From positions 186,001-250,000 of the forward strand of contig NMRA01000347.1 in the NCBI GenBank assembly GCA_002633005.1: a stretch of 64,000 nt of DNA, given 5' to 3'. The notes under the pieces are model-generated. The model had not been told where the DNA came from, ran no database searches, and saw only the letters and a list, made by a program, of their open reading frames with translations. The position numbers and the translations under genes were made by a program. Shown here in pieces: positions 39,677-50,944 of the stretch. Numbering within the stretch: the first letter of the stretch is position 1; each line of letters starts with the position of its first letter. This DNA comes from Phoronis australis (Eukaryota; Animalia; Phoronida).

Positions 39677-42328
39677 AGAGATTGGTTCACAGCTATTTAG
39701 TTGTAGTTAATATGTATACACATGTGTTGACTGTTAATAAAGTTTGCTAATGAACCATATTTCTTTTTATTTCACACCCCATATTCTTCTATTATTCGTG
39801 TAAAACACGCTCCCACTTCCCCACAAAATTTTGAGAACAGAAAATTGTGAACTTCGGCTATCTTCGGAAACACGTCACACCAGGAACACATCAGGATTTC
39901 CCGACTCGATAACTGCCGCGTCTGTCCATAGGTTTGTACTCTTGGCTGGGACTATCTGGCGTAAATGGAATCTTTGCGTTTGTTAGAATGGTTTATTATG
40001 CAATTTTTGCCCATTAATTCTCTATGTGACACATAGGCACATGGTCTTCTGTGTTGCCCTAAACATTTTACAGTAGTTAGTAGGGACATGACCCGATCAT
40101 TGCAGAGTCAGCCTGACTAAGTCCACAGTGTACATTTGCTGTGTGCCAAGAGGAGTACAATTTTCAAATGTAGGCGGATTTGTAGATTTAAACTGGAGTA
40201 AATATTTGAAGAAGAATGCCTAATCGCTGTGTAGTTGGAGGCTGTAGGAATACGCCAAGGGCTGGGGGTATCTTTGCAAAAGTTTCCCACTGACCCAAGA
40301 CTGCGTCGCAAGTGAGAATACTTTGTGAAGTCCACGAGTGGAGCGTCACCGTATTCGGTAGTATGTAGCGAATATATTTCTATGGACTGCTTCTAGAACG
40401 ACAGCCTTTGATCCGAGAATGGTTGTAAACCAGGATGAGTGAACTTTTAGAGAGAATTCGTAACGGTACATGCCGTCGCTTTCCAGAAGCTAGTGGACCT
40501 TGAGCTGGTATTAACAACCTATCATTCAAAACGACGGATAGCATCGACGGACACTGTCGGACTGGATTATTGCTAGAACTAACCAGTAGGTTGCTTTTTT
40601 GAATTACATTTTTGCAACATACCGGTAAGTGTTTGTAGGTGGATGTGCTGAATAGTTTGAAGCGCGTTACCTGTCGTTGCAATCCACTGAATTTTAGCCT
40701 AGTCAATCGCTAGCTGGACTAAATGAACAGTAAGAGTAGGGCTGTACAACCGATTTTTTCGATTTGCAAAAATACTTCAATATAATCGGAAAAATAATGC
40801 ATCCCACTCAATAATAATTGAATATCAAAATTGGATTAAGCAGTCCACATTTATTGCAATTTTGGTGTCGAAATTTATTTTCACCAATAATTTACGATGA
40901 AATTTAGTGAGAAAAATCTTTACCTACTATTCTGAGCGATTAAGTATTTTTCATTGGATTTCAGCCAAGCAGATATTACGAATTGCGTGATAAAAATGCT
41001 CACAATTCCCGTTGGAATCATTTCCGGCGGCATCGACAACATGGCGACTTCTGCTGAACTGAAGGGCATGTTCAATCGCCCATTTTGTACTTGGTGAAGT
41101 TTTAATTTTGATACATTTTGATGAAAGCTGCTACAAAAAAGCAACTTTGCACAGTGTTTATGGTTTTGTGCAAAAAATGTAAGGAATATTTTAGTTATTG
41201 CAGTGTGAATATCCCATTCAGTTGACCATACACTCAGCCTAAAAATAGTTGAAAAAGTTTTGAAATCGTCTTTTCTTTGAAAGTCAATTGCGCTTCAAGG
41301 TTTGATTATGTGTTATAACATAATTCATATTTTTCTAAGTTTTACGTATGAATCGTTCTTTTAATACATGCGTTGTAACTTTTTGCTTTCTTAAGTCTTA
41401 ATTAGTTATCAAGGCCCAAAATGTAAAGGCTCTTAATTAGAGTAATCGGCCATGTTGGATTGTGAAGCTTCCAACCTCCAATCCTTTTTCCATGCAACTT
41501 TTTATTTTTTCAAATACTGCTTGTCGAATTCTAATGTAAGGAAATACCTGGTCGTCATGGTAATAGTTAAGCATATCCAGTTTCATATCATGTAAATTTG
41601 TCTTGTTGTTGGATCATTTTTGTAATGCTTAAATATTCTAAAATACTGTGCATTCTAAGTATTTTGGTAAAAGATTAGATCATTTTGACTCACATATAAG
41701 CTTTACTGTACTGTGATTATTTCAGCTGTGACTTATGTACAGTAGCGATAACCTTCAACTACCTTGAACAGATACAGTCAGTTACAGGGAGTGACAATGA
41801 ACTAGACCAACAATGACAACCTGTGGTGTGTCAGTTGCCTATTGAGATTGGGCTTGCACCAACTGATATGTAAAGCCTCACGAATTTTAAGCTCCTTTGT
41901 TGTTATCTGTGCTTCATTACTTGTTGCTGGGCCTAGCTAGGTGGCCACTGTATTATGACTTCTGAGGATGGTGTTTAATAAATGACACCGAAACATGTCA
42001 AGTTTTAAAACCGTTGTTGTTTTCGTGAATTTAATTACGCCAACAAATGGAGTTGAAAGGAATTATCAAATGAAGCAAGCAAAATTTTGGAGGGTTGACT
42101 GCTTGTAGCCATTGCAATACACAACTGTCTTCCTGGTCTGACATCACAGACGGTTATGTAACCACATGCCTGTTCTTAGAATTGACTCGGCTGAAGTCGG
42201 ATAAGGTCATTACTGCTGGGCTTTTCTCATTAACCAAGCTGTGCAAACAAGAACTGCCCTTTGCAACAGATTCACACAGTACTATTATTTGTTTTGAAAA
42301 GCAGTTGTTTTGGTGTGAAACTATGTCT
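39677..42328 (+). mobile_element. Kolobok-type DNA transposon relic (TTAA TSD) with THAP remnant
   Basis: TTAA at 39673-39676 and 42329-42332; TIR AGAGATTGGTTCACA vs AGACATAGTTTCACA; empty site in copy 1 (~16380). THAP from 40216: MPNRCVVGGCRN..(fs)VSLQKFPTDPRLRRK*..VVCSE. Confidence 0.8.
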
Positions 42329-42393
42329 TTAAGTCATTTTTATTGAAACAAAAACCTTATCTACATCATCAGATTCAGAAAATCTACATTTTG

Positions 42394-43122
42394 CATAGGC
42401 GGATTTAGGGGGGGAGGGGGCCCAGGGCGCCCGCCCCCCCNNNNNNNNNNNNNNNNNNNNNNNNNNNNNNNNNNNNNNNNNNNNNNNNNNNNNNNNNNNN
42501 NNNNNNNNNNNNNNNNNNNNNNNNNNNNNNNNNNNNNNNNNNNNNNNNNNNNNNNNNNNNNNNNNNNNNNNNNNNNNNNNNNNNNNNNNNNNNNNNNNNN
42601 NNNNNNNNNNNNNNNNNNNNNNNNNNNNNNNNNNNNNNNNNNNNNNNNNNNNNNNNNNNNNNNNNNNNNNNNNNNNNNNNNNNNNNNNNNNNNNNNNNNN
42701 NNNNNNNNNNNNNNNNNNNNNNNNNNNNNNNNNNNNNNNNNNNNNNNNNNNNNNNNNNNNNNNNNNNNNNNNNNNNNNNNNNNNNNNNNNNNNNNNNNNN
42801 NNNNNNNNNNNNNNNNNNNNNNNNNNNNNNNNNNNNNNNNNNNNNNNNNNNNNNNNNNNNNNNNNNNNNNNNNNNNNNNNNNNNNNNNNNNNNNNNNNNN
42901 NNNNNNNNNNNNNNNNNNNNNNNNNNNNNNNNNNNNNNNNNNNNNNNNNNNNNNNNNNNNNNNNNNNNNNNNNNNNNNNNNNNNNNNNAGGGGGGCAAAC
43001 CCCCCTCCCGACCTCCCCCCATTTGGTGCTATGCGCATCTACAATCGTGGTTCAGATTGCGCAAATGTCTACAGCCGGACAAAATGTTGGCCCCCCCTTG
43101 TGATATCCTAGATCCGCCACTG
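42394..43122. mobile_element. hAT5-like MITE spanning an assembly gap
   Basis: CATAGGCGGATTTAG...CTAGATCCGCCACTG with 5-bp TSD TTTTG; empty site in copy 1 (~16450). Confidence 0.7.
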
Positions 43123-44357
43123 TTTTGTATACATACCTCTGGGCTATCGGTCATCATACTGACGACTGGCTCATCAACGGCTGGTGAAAAGTTGAACAAA
43201 CGTTGCTCACTAGAACGAACTTTTAAGAGCTATTGGCGGGCCATCACATTTCTCAACTTATATCATCGTTATACCACAGCGATCCTTTCGTCCGCTACGG
43301 TGCTGTGCGGACAATTCCATTGGTTAGAATCTATACACTGCTAGCCAATCCGATCACGCCGATCACCAGTGGGTGTTTATTTATCTAACAGTCCTGCTAC
43401 CGAAACAACCCTTGGTGATTTACAGGATGTTCAATGGCGTGGAGACATACATGTGTATTTTCTCGTTATTGGAAAGTCAATGCCGACAGTATAAACCTAT
43501 ACACGCGCCAACAAAAGGAGGTCGCCATTACGTGATTACGTGTCCGAGCGACATTAAGGTGCTGAAAACAGTGCAGTTCAGCACCAGTGATAGCGTAGAG
43601 TTGAATCATATTTAAGCCATTTAAATCATGACAGAGTCGCAGTCTATTTCATTACCAACGTCACTGGCTATAAGTCAGCATTTTGTAATAATGCAAGGCT
43701 CTGTTTACGTGTACAAAGCTAAATGAAATAGAGAAGATTACGTCTACTTCGGGTTATGATTCGGAGACGAGCACAGTCGCCGACAGAGGGCAATGTAATG
43801 CAAAGAGCTTACTTTTATGTTTTGTTTTTCAGCAATACACTTGCGCATGAACACCTTCATTAGTTATTTAAATTCCTGTCATACTCCCAACTCTACAAAC
43901 ATGCACAAATTTCACAGCAGTGAGAAAAACAATTATTATTATTGTATGATGTCTAAATATTAAAGCCTAACTTCAACGGAATTTTGTTACTTTAGATGTA
44001 CAAATGTATTAGGCTAACCAGATAGTCCTAGCAAAGCCTTAATAAAATAAGAAAACGCCCGTTCAATCACGCAAGTTTAAGCCCGTCAAATGATAAGAGA
44101 AGCTGCCTTCTTGTACCATGTTGCGTCACCGCAAGATCATAGCACAAACAACGAAAGGTTGTATCGCATAGGGGTCTGAATATAACACCATTGCGTGCTG
44201 GGGTTATTCGCAGCTGTTTGAATTAAAAGGTGATTCTCGCGGTGACGCAGACAAAATACGCCTAACAGTTCATTTGTGTTTGGCAAGTTATGGCTCAGAG
44301 CGATGCTCTTAAAGGAGAATGCCACCCAAAAACAACCTACTTTGTATCAATTTAGAT

Positions 44358-44594
44358 GAGGAGGCACTGTGGCCTGGTTGATAAGTGCCCGCTTTCTTTA
44401 CGCAAGGTCGTGGGTTCGAGTCCCACTAAGTCACACTGCTAAACCCTTGAGCCAGGTTTCTTGCTCCTCAGCTCGGTTTTAACGATATATTAATAAAGCA
44501 TAAAAATATTTCCAAATGATCAGTGCAATGGGCCCACATGCGAGGCTTGGGCACGTTTGGTACAACGTGTATCAGACCGCCTGCAGTTTTTTTC
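44358..44594 (+). mobile_element. tRNA-derived SINE with 13-bp TSD
   Basis: A box TGGCCTGGTTG, B box GGTTCGAGTCC; TSD TATCAATTTAGAT at 44345-44357 and 44595-44607; T-rich 3' end. Confidence 0.85.
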
Positions 44595-45022
44595 TATCAA
44601 TTTAGATCGAGTAGTTTTGCTCGATAACGGCAGGTTCGATTGCGTTACCTGACACCTGACCGCAGACAGAGTTGTTGAAATTATCCAATGACGTAATTGG
44701 TTTCACACGCATTCTGTTCAGCAGTTCACAACAAGGTTAGTGGTGTCATCTTCTCGCTTGAATTCATCGCTTAACACCAATAAATCATCAAACTTCGACG
44801 TAAAACCCTTAAAAATACACCGAGTTCTTATAAAAATGTGATATTTATTTCGCTGTTACGGATTTACTGGTATTTGGACACGCCTACAAAGTTCGGCAGG
44901 CCAATTTACCAAGGTCCGTAGTAGGAGTTTGTGGTCTGTTCGGAGATATATTCGAAGTATTCTCCGTGAAATACAGACAGGAGAACCTAGATCAGTGTTG
45001 TTTATACAACACACAAAACGCT

Positions 45023-45140
45023 CGTTATCCCGGCTAGTGGCTCGGAGCCCGATCAGACCCGTCGCAGCCGGACTGACACGTTATCCCGGCCAGTGGCTCG
45101 GAACCCGCTCAGGCCCGTCGCGGCCGCCGGGACTGGCACG
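45023..45140. repeat. Two-copy ~56-bp GC-rich tandem repeat
   Basis: CGTTATCCCGGC(T/C)AGTGGCTCGGA... occurs twice. Confidence 0.8.
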
Positions 45141-45316
45141 AACATAAACCAGTTTGATTTGGAAACTTAACTTCCTGACGAAAAGAAAACATTAGTGAGC
45201 CAAAGAGATAAATGTGCTCGTAATTGTTTATGTGAATTAGTCACGAAACTGAAAATCTACCTGTCGGGGCCGCGAATTCGGGTTCCCTTTCCATAGGGGA
45301 AAGGCTGCACAATAAC

Positions 45317-45586
45317 CAGTGGCGGATATAGAGGGGTCCAAAGGGGCCATAGCTCCCCCCTAAAATTCTTCCAGATTCCATTTGGCACTAGCATTTGCGG
45401 GGCTCGTGGGGCGAATGCACAATGCATAGGCCTTGGATAAACCCTTTTTTCTAGTGATAAAGTCCACAAACCCAAAAATTCGAGACCCCCTACATCGCCA
45501 CATGAAGCTGCGCGCGCGCTTAAGGCGAAATTCTGCTTATTCCTGTGCCCTGGCCCCCCTAACTCAAAATCCTGGATTCGCCCCTG
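45317..45586. mobile_element. hAT5-like MITE nested in Kolobok
   Basis: CAGTGGCGGATATAG...CTGGATTCGCCCCTG; flanks ATAAC/GTAAC. Confidence 0.7.
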
Positions 45587-47787
45587 GTAACTATGATTTG
45601 AATAATGTATTTGTACATGTATTTGTAAATAAAGGTTCCCCTAACATGTGACAATAGCATATAAAATCGAGTAATTGTTTCACAACAGCTTTCTGTCAGC
45701 AAATACTGAATTAGCATGCGCTCACACGGTGCCCGGTCAGTTACCTTTGTTGCCGGCATCAAAAGCCGGTAACGCAGTCGTTTATTCATTGCTGGCTTCT
45801 CAAAACATTTGCACTCACAAGCACTCCAAGGCATTACAAATTGTATCAAATGAGACAGACTTTGTTTCAGTTTCACATAAGCATTGGTTAGGATCATTTT
45901 AGGATGAGAATAATTCATTTTGAAACAGAACGCAGAATAATAAACGTCTACCCGGCGCCAATCCCGACTTAGTCAAGAGCTCATCCGACGAAGACTTCAC
46001 GGGTCGGATCGTTAGGTTTCACAGGCTATCAGTTCGAACCGGAGTTCACTGATCAAGAAATACACTGTATTAGAGAGGCGCCGTGAACATACATAGGCAA
46101 CGTAACGTATGGATAGTTCTTTGGTAAGCCGGAATTCGTCAGTGAAATAAATCACTGTCGACGAAATGCCGACCACACACAAGGAGATGTTTCGGCGGCC
46201 TCATATTTGCTATTAACAACGTACCTTTCATTCTTCACTACCGCGAGTCACTTCCTAAGCATTTCGGGCTCTCGAGGGAGTCAGAAAAACCATATACCCG
46301 CTTTCTTCGCAGCTTCATAGTTTGGACAAGCGGGAACGATGCACCGCAATATAGCGGCGTTCACACTGCAGACAAACCACTGACGTCGCTGCGTCGCTTC
46401 TCACCTTCCTCACAGGTTAACGCGACAGCTCTCGGCAAGGTGAGGTCGACGGTATAAGAGGCGATGTGAATATCGACCGATCAAGAAAGTAAAAACGACC
46501 AATTAAATCGGGTGGCATTCTCCTTTAACATACTGTAGAAACCAAATTTACGTGTGTTACCGTTGAAGATATGCTTTAAAACTTATCATTAACAACCGGC
46601 TTCATGATGGTGACACTTTTGATAAATTTTGTCTAGACACAAACTTTATAAACGGTCTTAAAAAGTTTTGTTTTTCTTTAAATAATGTAGGCGTGGGAAA
46701 GTAACGCTCCGGTCGATATCAACTCGCTGACTTAAAATGCCAACATAAAAATGCGATTTGAATCACCACTTTGGATTGTTATACATGCATGTGTAGGAAT
46801 TATTCAAATAATTTATAGTTTGGGGTTCGTCCGGCTAAACTGTTTGGGGCTCAATCAGTTTCATCAACATTTGAGATATGTCCAGTGGAAAGAAATCAAC
46901 CATGCCGCCATCCAAGCCAAAAACATTGATTTGATGAGCTGAGCTTTTACGTAATGACGTTTTTTTTTACTGAAACACCATATGAAACTGAAAAATATCT
47001 TTTTTGGGAGTACAACATCAGATTTTCATCGAAACTTAATATTTCTGAAAATATGGGAATTCGTACAAGTTTTCACTCGCAAAACACGGATTTCCACATG
47101 ACGGTAACAGAATCTGATGTGCTCAATGGTATGGCAGCCCTGAATTTTATGACAACGCTCTCGATTAGCTGTTTTTGAATATATTCTAATTCACTTCGTC
47201 GCCTTCCAACAACCGCCAAACAGCATCGCTTGAGATCTACGTGCAGCTAGGGGATTGTACATGACATTCACATGTATGTGTCATCAGGACATTAACGGGA
47301 ACCTGCACTGTTACCGACCAGTGAGTCTAAAATAAGGATGACAAATGAAAGAACGTTGCACAAGAAAAAGACAGGCCAAGCATATAAATTAAATGAACCA
47401 ACTGGGTCTGAGGACATTGCGGGTGTAAACTGGCTGTGTTCAACCAAACACTTAACTTGGCAATGTTAATATTGGATCGAGAAGTTCGCCAATAGTAAAA
47501 CAACAAGTTACTGATATCAAGAAGTCCGATTGATCATTGAGGGTTGCCGTTTCCCGTAGCTTGGCGTTTTCAGTATTCGTTTTGTTTTTGTCCCTCTTAA
47601 CCCATCTCGGTGTCACGGAGTTGCTCAGCAGCGACTTTTGTAACATGATCATGATATGTGTGTACAAATAATTCAATCATCAGTAGAGTTTAGAATTAAA
47701 ATTATTGTGAAAGTAGGATATTCAGGTAGTACCTTAGGTAGATGCAGAAGTCGACGTGTTGCATTTCTTTATTTTTGTCGTATTCAG

Positions 47788-48222
47788 TGCCCGGTTACAT
47801 GAAACGGTCCCAAATAGGGACTCAACTACATGTAAGTTCCCTAAATCTACTGCGTAATTTTTACTTGTGAAAACATTGATTGTCCTTTTTTCTATTGTTT
47901 TAGTTTCCTTACTAAGTCAACTTTTGACTACAAATCGCGATTGAACTCTACCTTAGACTGTCAATATTGTCGAAAATATATAGGGATTTTTTTATGCAAC
48001 ACCACCGATTTAACTAAGGCCAAAGTCCCTATATGTTTTCAAGAAGTCTGGGCTCAGTTTTTAGTTATGTTATTAGACAATGTCATTAATCAAAAAGGAG
48101 CTCATAATACAGATAAAATGATAGAAAAATATTGCACCAGTGAGTCTATAAAGACAAAAATACGCAAAAGACTTAGGGACCTTAGTTGAGTCCTTATTTG
48201 GGCTGCTCCATGCAACTGGCCA
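47788..48222. mobile_element. ~440-bp Harbinger-like MITE (inverted relative to 25580-26019)
   Basis: Same TIRs and CAG TSD; empty site in copy 1 (~17952). Confidence 0.8.
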
Positions 48223-49605
48223 CAGGGAACCAGGTCACGCGGAACTCTTCATTATAATTATTCATTAACCGTGGTGACCTCTTATTTTTGTCGAAGTTAG
48301 TTGTGTCGATGGATTTAGTCAAACAAAACTTTTAAATGAAGTTTTGGTGGCAAAGCCATGTTAAAAGCAAACAGAACGCATGATAATCACCCAAATCTAT
48401 CACTGATCGCTGTTTGGAGAGTTGCCATGCTCAAAACTGCGAATTAACAAAGTCATTAACCACTTAAGCTGGAATCATTTTCTTCATGCTTGCCTTATGG
48501 TAATTCTGTGACGAAATAGGCCAATGCTGGTAGATAGGTAAGCACCACTCTCATTGGTTAATGTCTGGAAAATGCGGTTTACAAAGCCAATAGACGGAGA
48601 GAATGGTTACATGCAGAAAACATCATTAATACTGCGTACTCCTAATGTAGTAATTTTGCAATAAATCAGCAATCTAGAGATCTGTGGTTCGATTCCCAGT
48701 TGGGGTTCCTGATTTTTCTGTGTTCATTTGATACAGATGTACACAGTAGTACATGCACATAGTACATGCATGTGGTTCCTCAAAAGTCTCAAATTTAACA
48801 TTCATGCATGAGGCTAGGTAAATCTTTGAGTCGAAATTTTTCATATTTCGATTTGCATGCATAGTAAATTAAACATGAATGCCAGAAACGAAGTTAGCTC
48901 AGGCCTCTAAACCCTCTCAGTTTTAACCTGCGCTCACTAACTACATGACGGCGACACCCCGTTGCTCCCAACTTGTTCGATTCTATAGCCCAACAACAAG
49001 TTGGGAAATTCAGTAATACACCCGTAGCCAATATCTTACACGACTGATTAACTCCATTCTGGCATTGATGGTTGGAGGGCCTGCGCTCTTTTGCTCGATA
49101 ATTGCTCTAATCTCCGATCAGATCGTATCTAGCCTGACTGGGCTGGGCTGATAAAAATGAAAGTTAAGTTATAACATATTTGAGCTTAAATCAATAGAGT
49201 TTCTGTATTCCTCGTCAAATGCTGATCATGTTAAATTTTTGAATCACCAAAATTGCCCAGCTACAACAGAATTTAAGACAATCTATTCTGTCCGAATGGA
49301 TTACCCACGCACTGGGTTTGACTGTGTTCTAAGTACGCGTTCGGTAATAGCGTGCAACCACCATACGTTTCCTTTGAAGCCTGGGAGATAATTGGCCTGC
49401 TGGCTATCATACGGGACAAAAGACTGAGCTGGGCAGTTAACAAAAAAAGCCAGATGTTATCGCACGTTCAGCGTCCTTCACGTCTGGAAAAGTTACTGAA
49501 CGACAGAACACTGTAATGAAAGATCCACCACCTGTATCAATTGTAGCCTAGACCTCGTGCTTTGTTGAAAACCTGAATAAAGGCATACGGCAACGATTGA
49601 GACTC

Positions 49606-49759
49606 CTGGCGTGCGTTCAGTAACGCTAGGACATACGCTAGGACCTAGCCAAAATCTAGTCAAAGTCACGTGTACTCATTTGAAATGCACGGCACTGTCT
49701 CACGTGATTTCGCAGTCTTGCTTTTTAGTGAGGTCCTAGGTTTACTGAACTGTAGGCAG
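49606..49759. mobile_element. ~155-bp MITE
   Basis: Same family as 19477-19634; empty site CTCCTGGTGATG in copy 1 (~20210). Confidence 0.75.
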
Positions 49760-50944
49760 GTGATGATTTACTATCAGCGCCATGCAGCGGGGAAACCAAA
49801 TCCCCCGCATTATTTTTGCTCGTCTCTGCCGGATGGATTTTACCGAAAAGGTGAACATCAGAAAATGGCGCGCTACCGATTCGATTGTCATTAACGGACA
49901 GGAACTAGCAAGGCTTTTGGGCCTGTAGTGACTTTTTAAAATAGAATTTGTCATGTCGTGGTTGCAAGATTTTTTCTATTTTTGATAGAGAAAGGAAAAG
50001 TTCAGGACTACTTCTGTTTGTTGGCCTAACATTGACCTATTTCTTTCATGCTGCTATTGTCATTTAAACAACAAATTTTTATTTATCTTTTCATCACTAT
50101 AACACTTTTTACAGACACATTACCGTCGTCTGCAAACAATGGACACTATATATCAATTAAACCATTATTCACTGTTAAACGTCAGGTTCTACTCTGTACC
50201 GTATCCAAGTCATTTAATAGAGGGCAAACGAGATATTTATTTGACAGCCGTGAAACCATGCGCCACTGTTGTGCTGTGTGCAAGATAAAGCATTTGCATT
50301 AATTGATTATAAAACATCGAGTTTACCAGTTATACCACATTTTATCATTTTATAGTTCACACAAGCTCACCCTATACAGTCAAATGGTTTTTAAGAAGTA
50401 CACGAAACGGCATTAAAATCTACCCCTACTTCTTGAAACGTATTCTTTTATCAGTGAACTTCAAACAAAAACGTTGTCCATCGTGCAAGATCCAAGGAAA
50501 ACCATACTTGACTCAACCAATTATATCGAATTTCAAAATAGGCCCACATGTAAAGGGTGTTACAGTCTTCACAAGTAAATAAAGAAAAAAGAACAACAGT
50601 TGCGACCAGAAACGAATGACTTATTTTTGACATTTTCAGTTTTTCTTCGTTGCTTTCGTTGGTTATGCACACAGTGACATTTTTGCCGGAAACGTGAGAT
50701 ATGCCCAGAAGGTTGTTAGAGAGCTGGAGAAAAACTTCCAGCAGCCCTGTGGGATAGAGATTGAGTTTAATAATTGTCTTAAGACGACGAAAGTCAAGCC
50801 AAAGTCTTACAGTATATGCTCTCATTGAAAATATACACCGAGATCTCGCGGAATTTCGCAAGATCTTGCCATTTCTAGCGAGACGCTAGCGTTACTGAAC
50901 TCTACCCTAGACTCATATCTCACAGATTTATGATGTTGCTAGCA

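Larger units (their letters stand above)
44313..46524 (-). mobile_element. Inner Kolobok-type element with THAP remnant and convergent YQFEP ORF remnant
   Basis: TTAA flanks and near-perfect TIR AGGAGAATGCCACCC. Minus-strand THAP ~46145-46352 (RCIVPAC..FF*LPREPEMLRK*LAVV..LVCGRHFVDSD). Plus-strand GYQFEPEFTDQE at ~46021-46060. Confidence 0.85.
43964..46575. mobile_element. Outer non-autonomous Kolobok-type element (TTAA TSD)
   Basis: TTAA at 43960-43963 and 46576-46579; TIR AGCCTAACTTCAACGG vs AGCATATCTTCAACGG; empty site TATTAAAACTTATC in copy 1 (~17296). Confidence 0.8.

Noticed and set aside
42361-43038. 225-aa and 205-aa ORFs
   Set aside because: Artifacts of the N gap inside a MITE.
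44358-44430. tRNA gene
   Set aside because: It has A and B boxes but no proper cloverleaf, continues into a non-tRNA body and is flanked by a TSD, so it is a SINE.
46150-46190. P2X7-ballast-like MPT motif on the + strand
   Set aside because: Better explained as the antisense of the THAP LVCGRHF motif.
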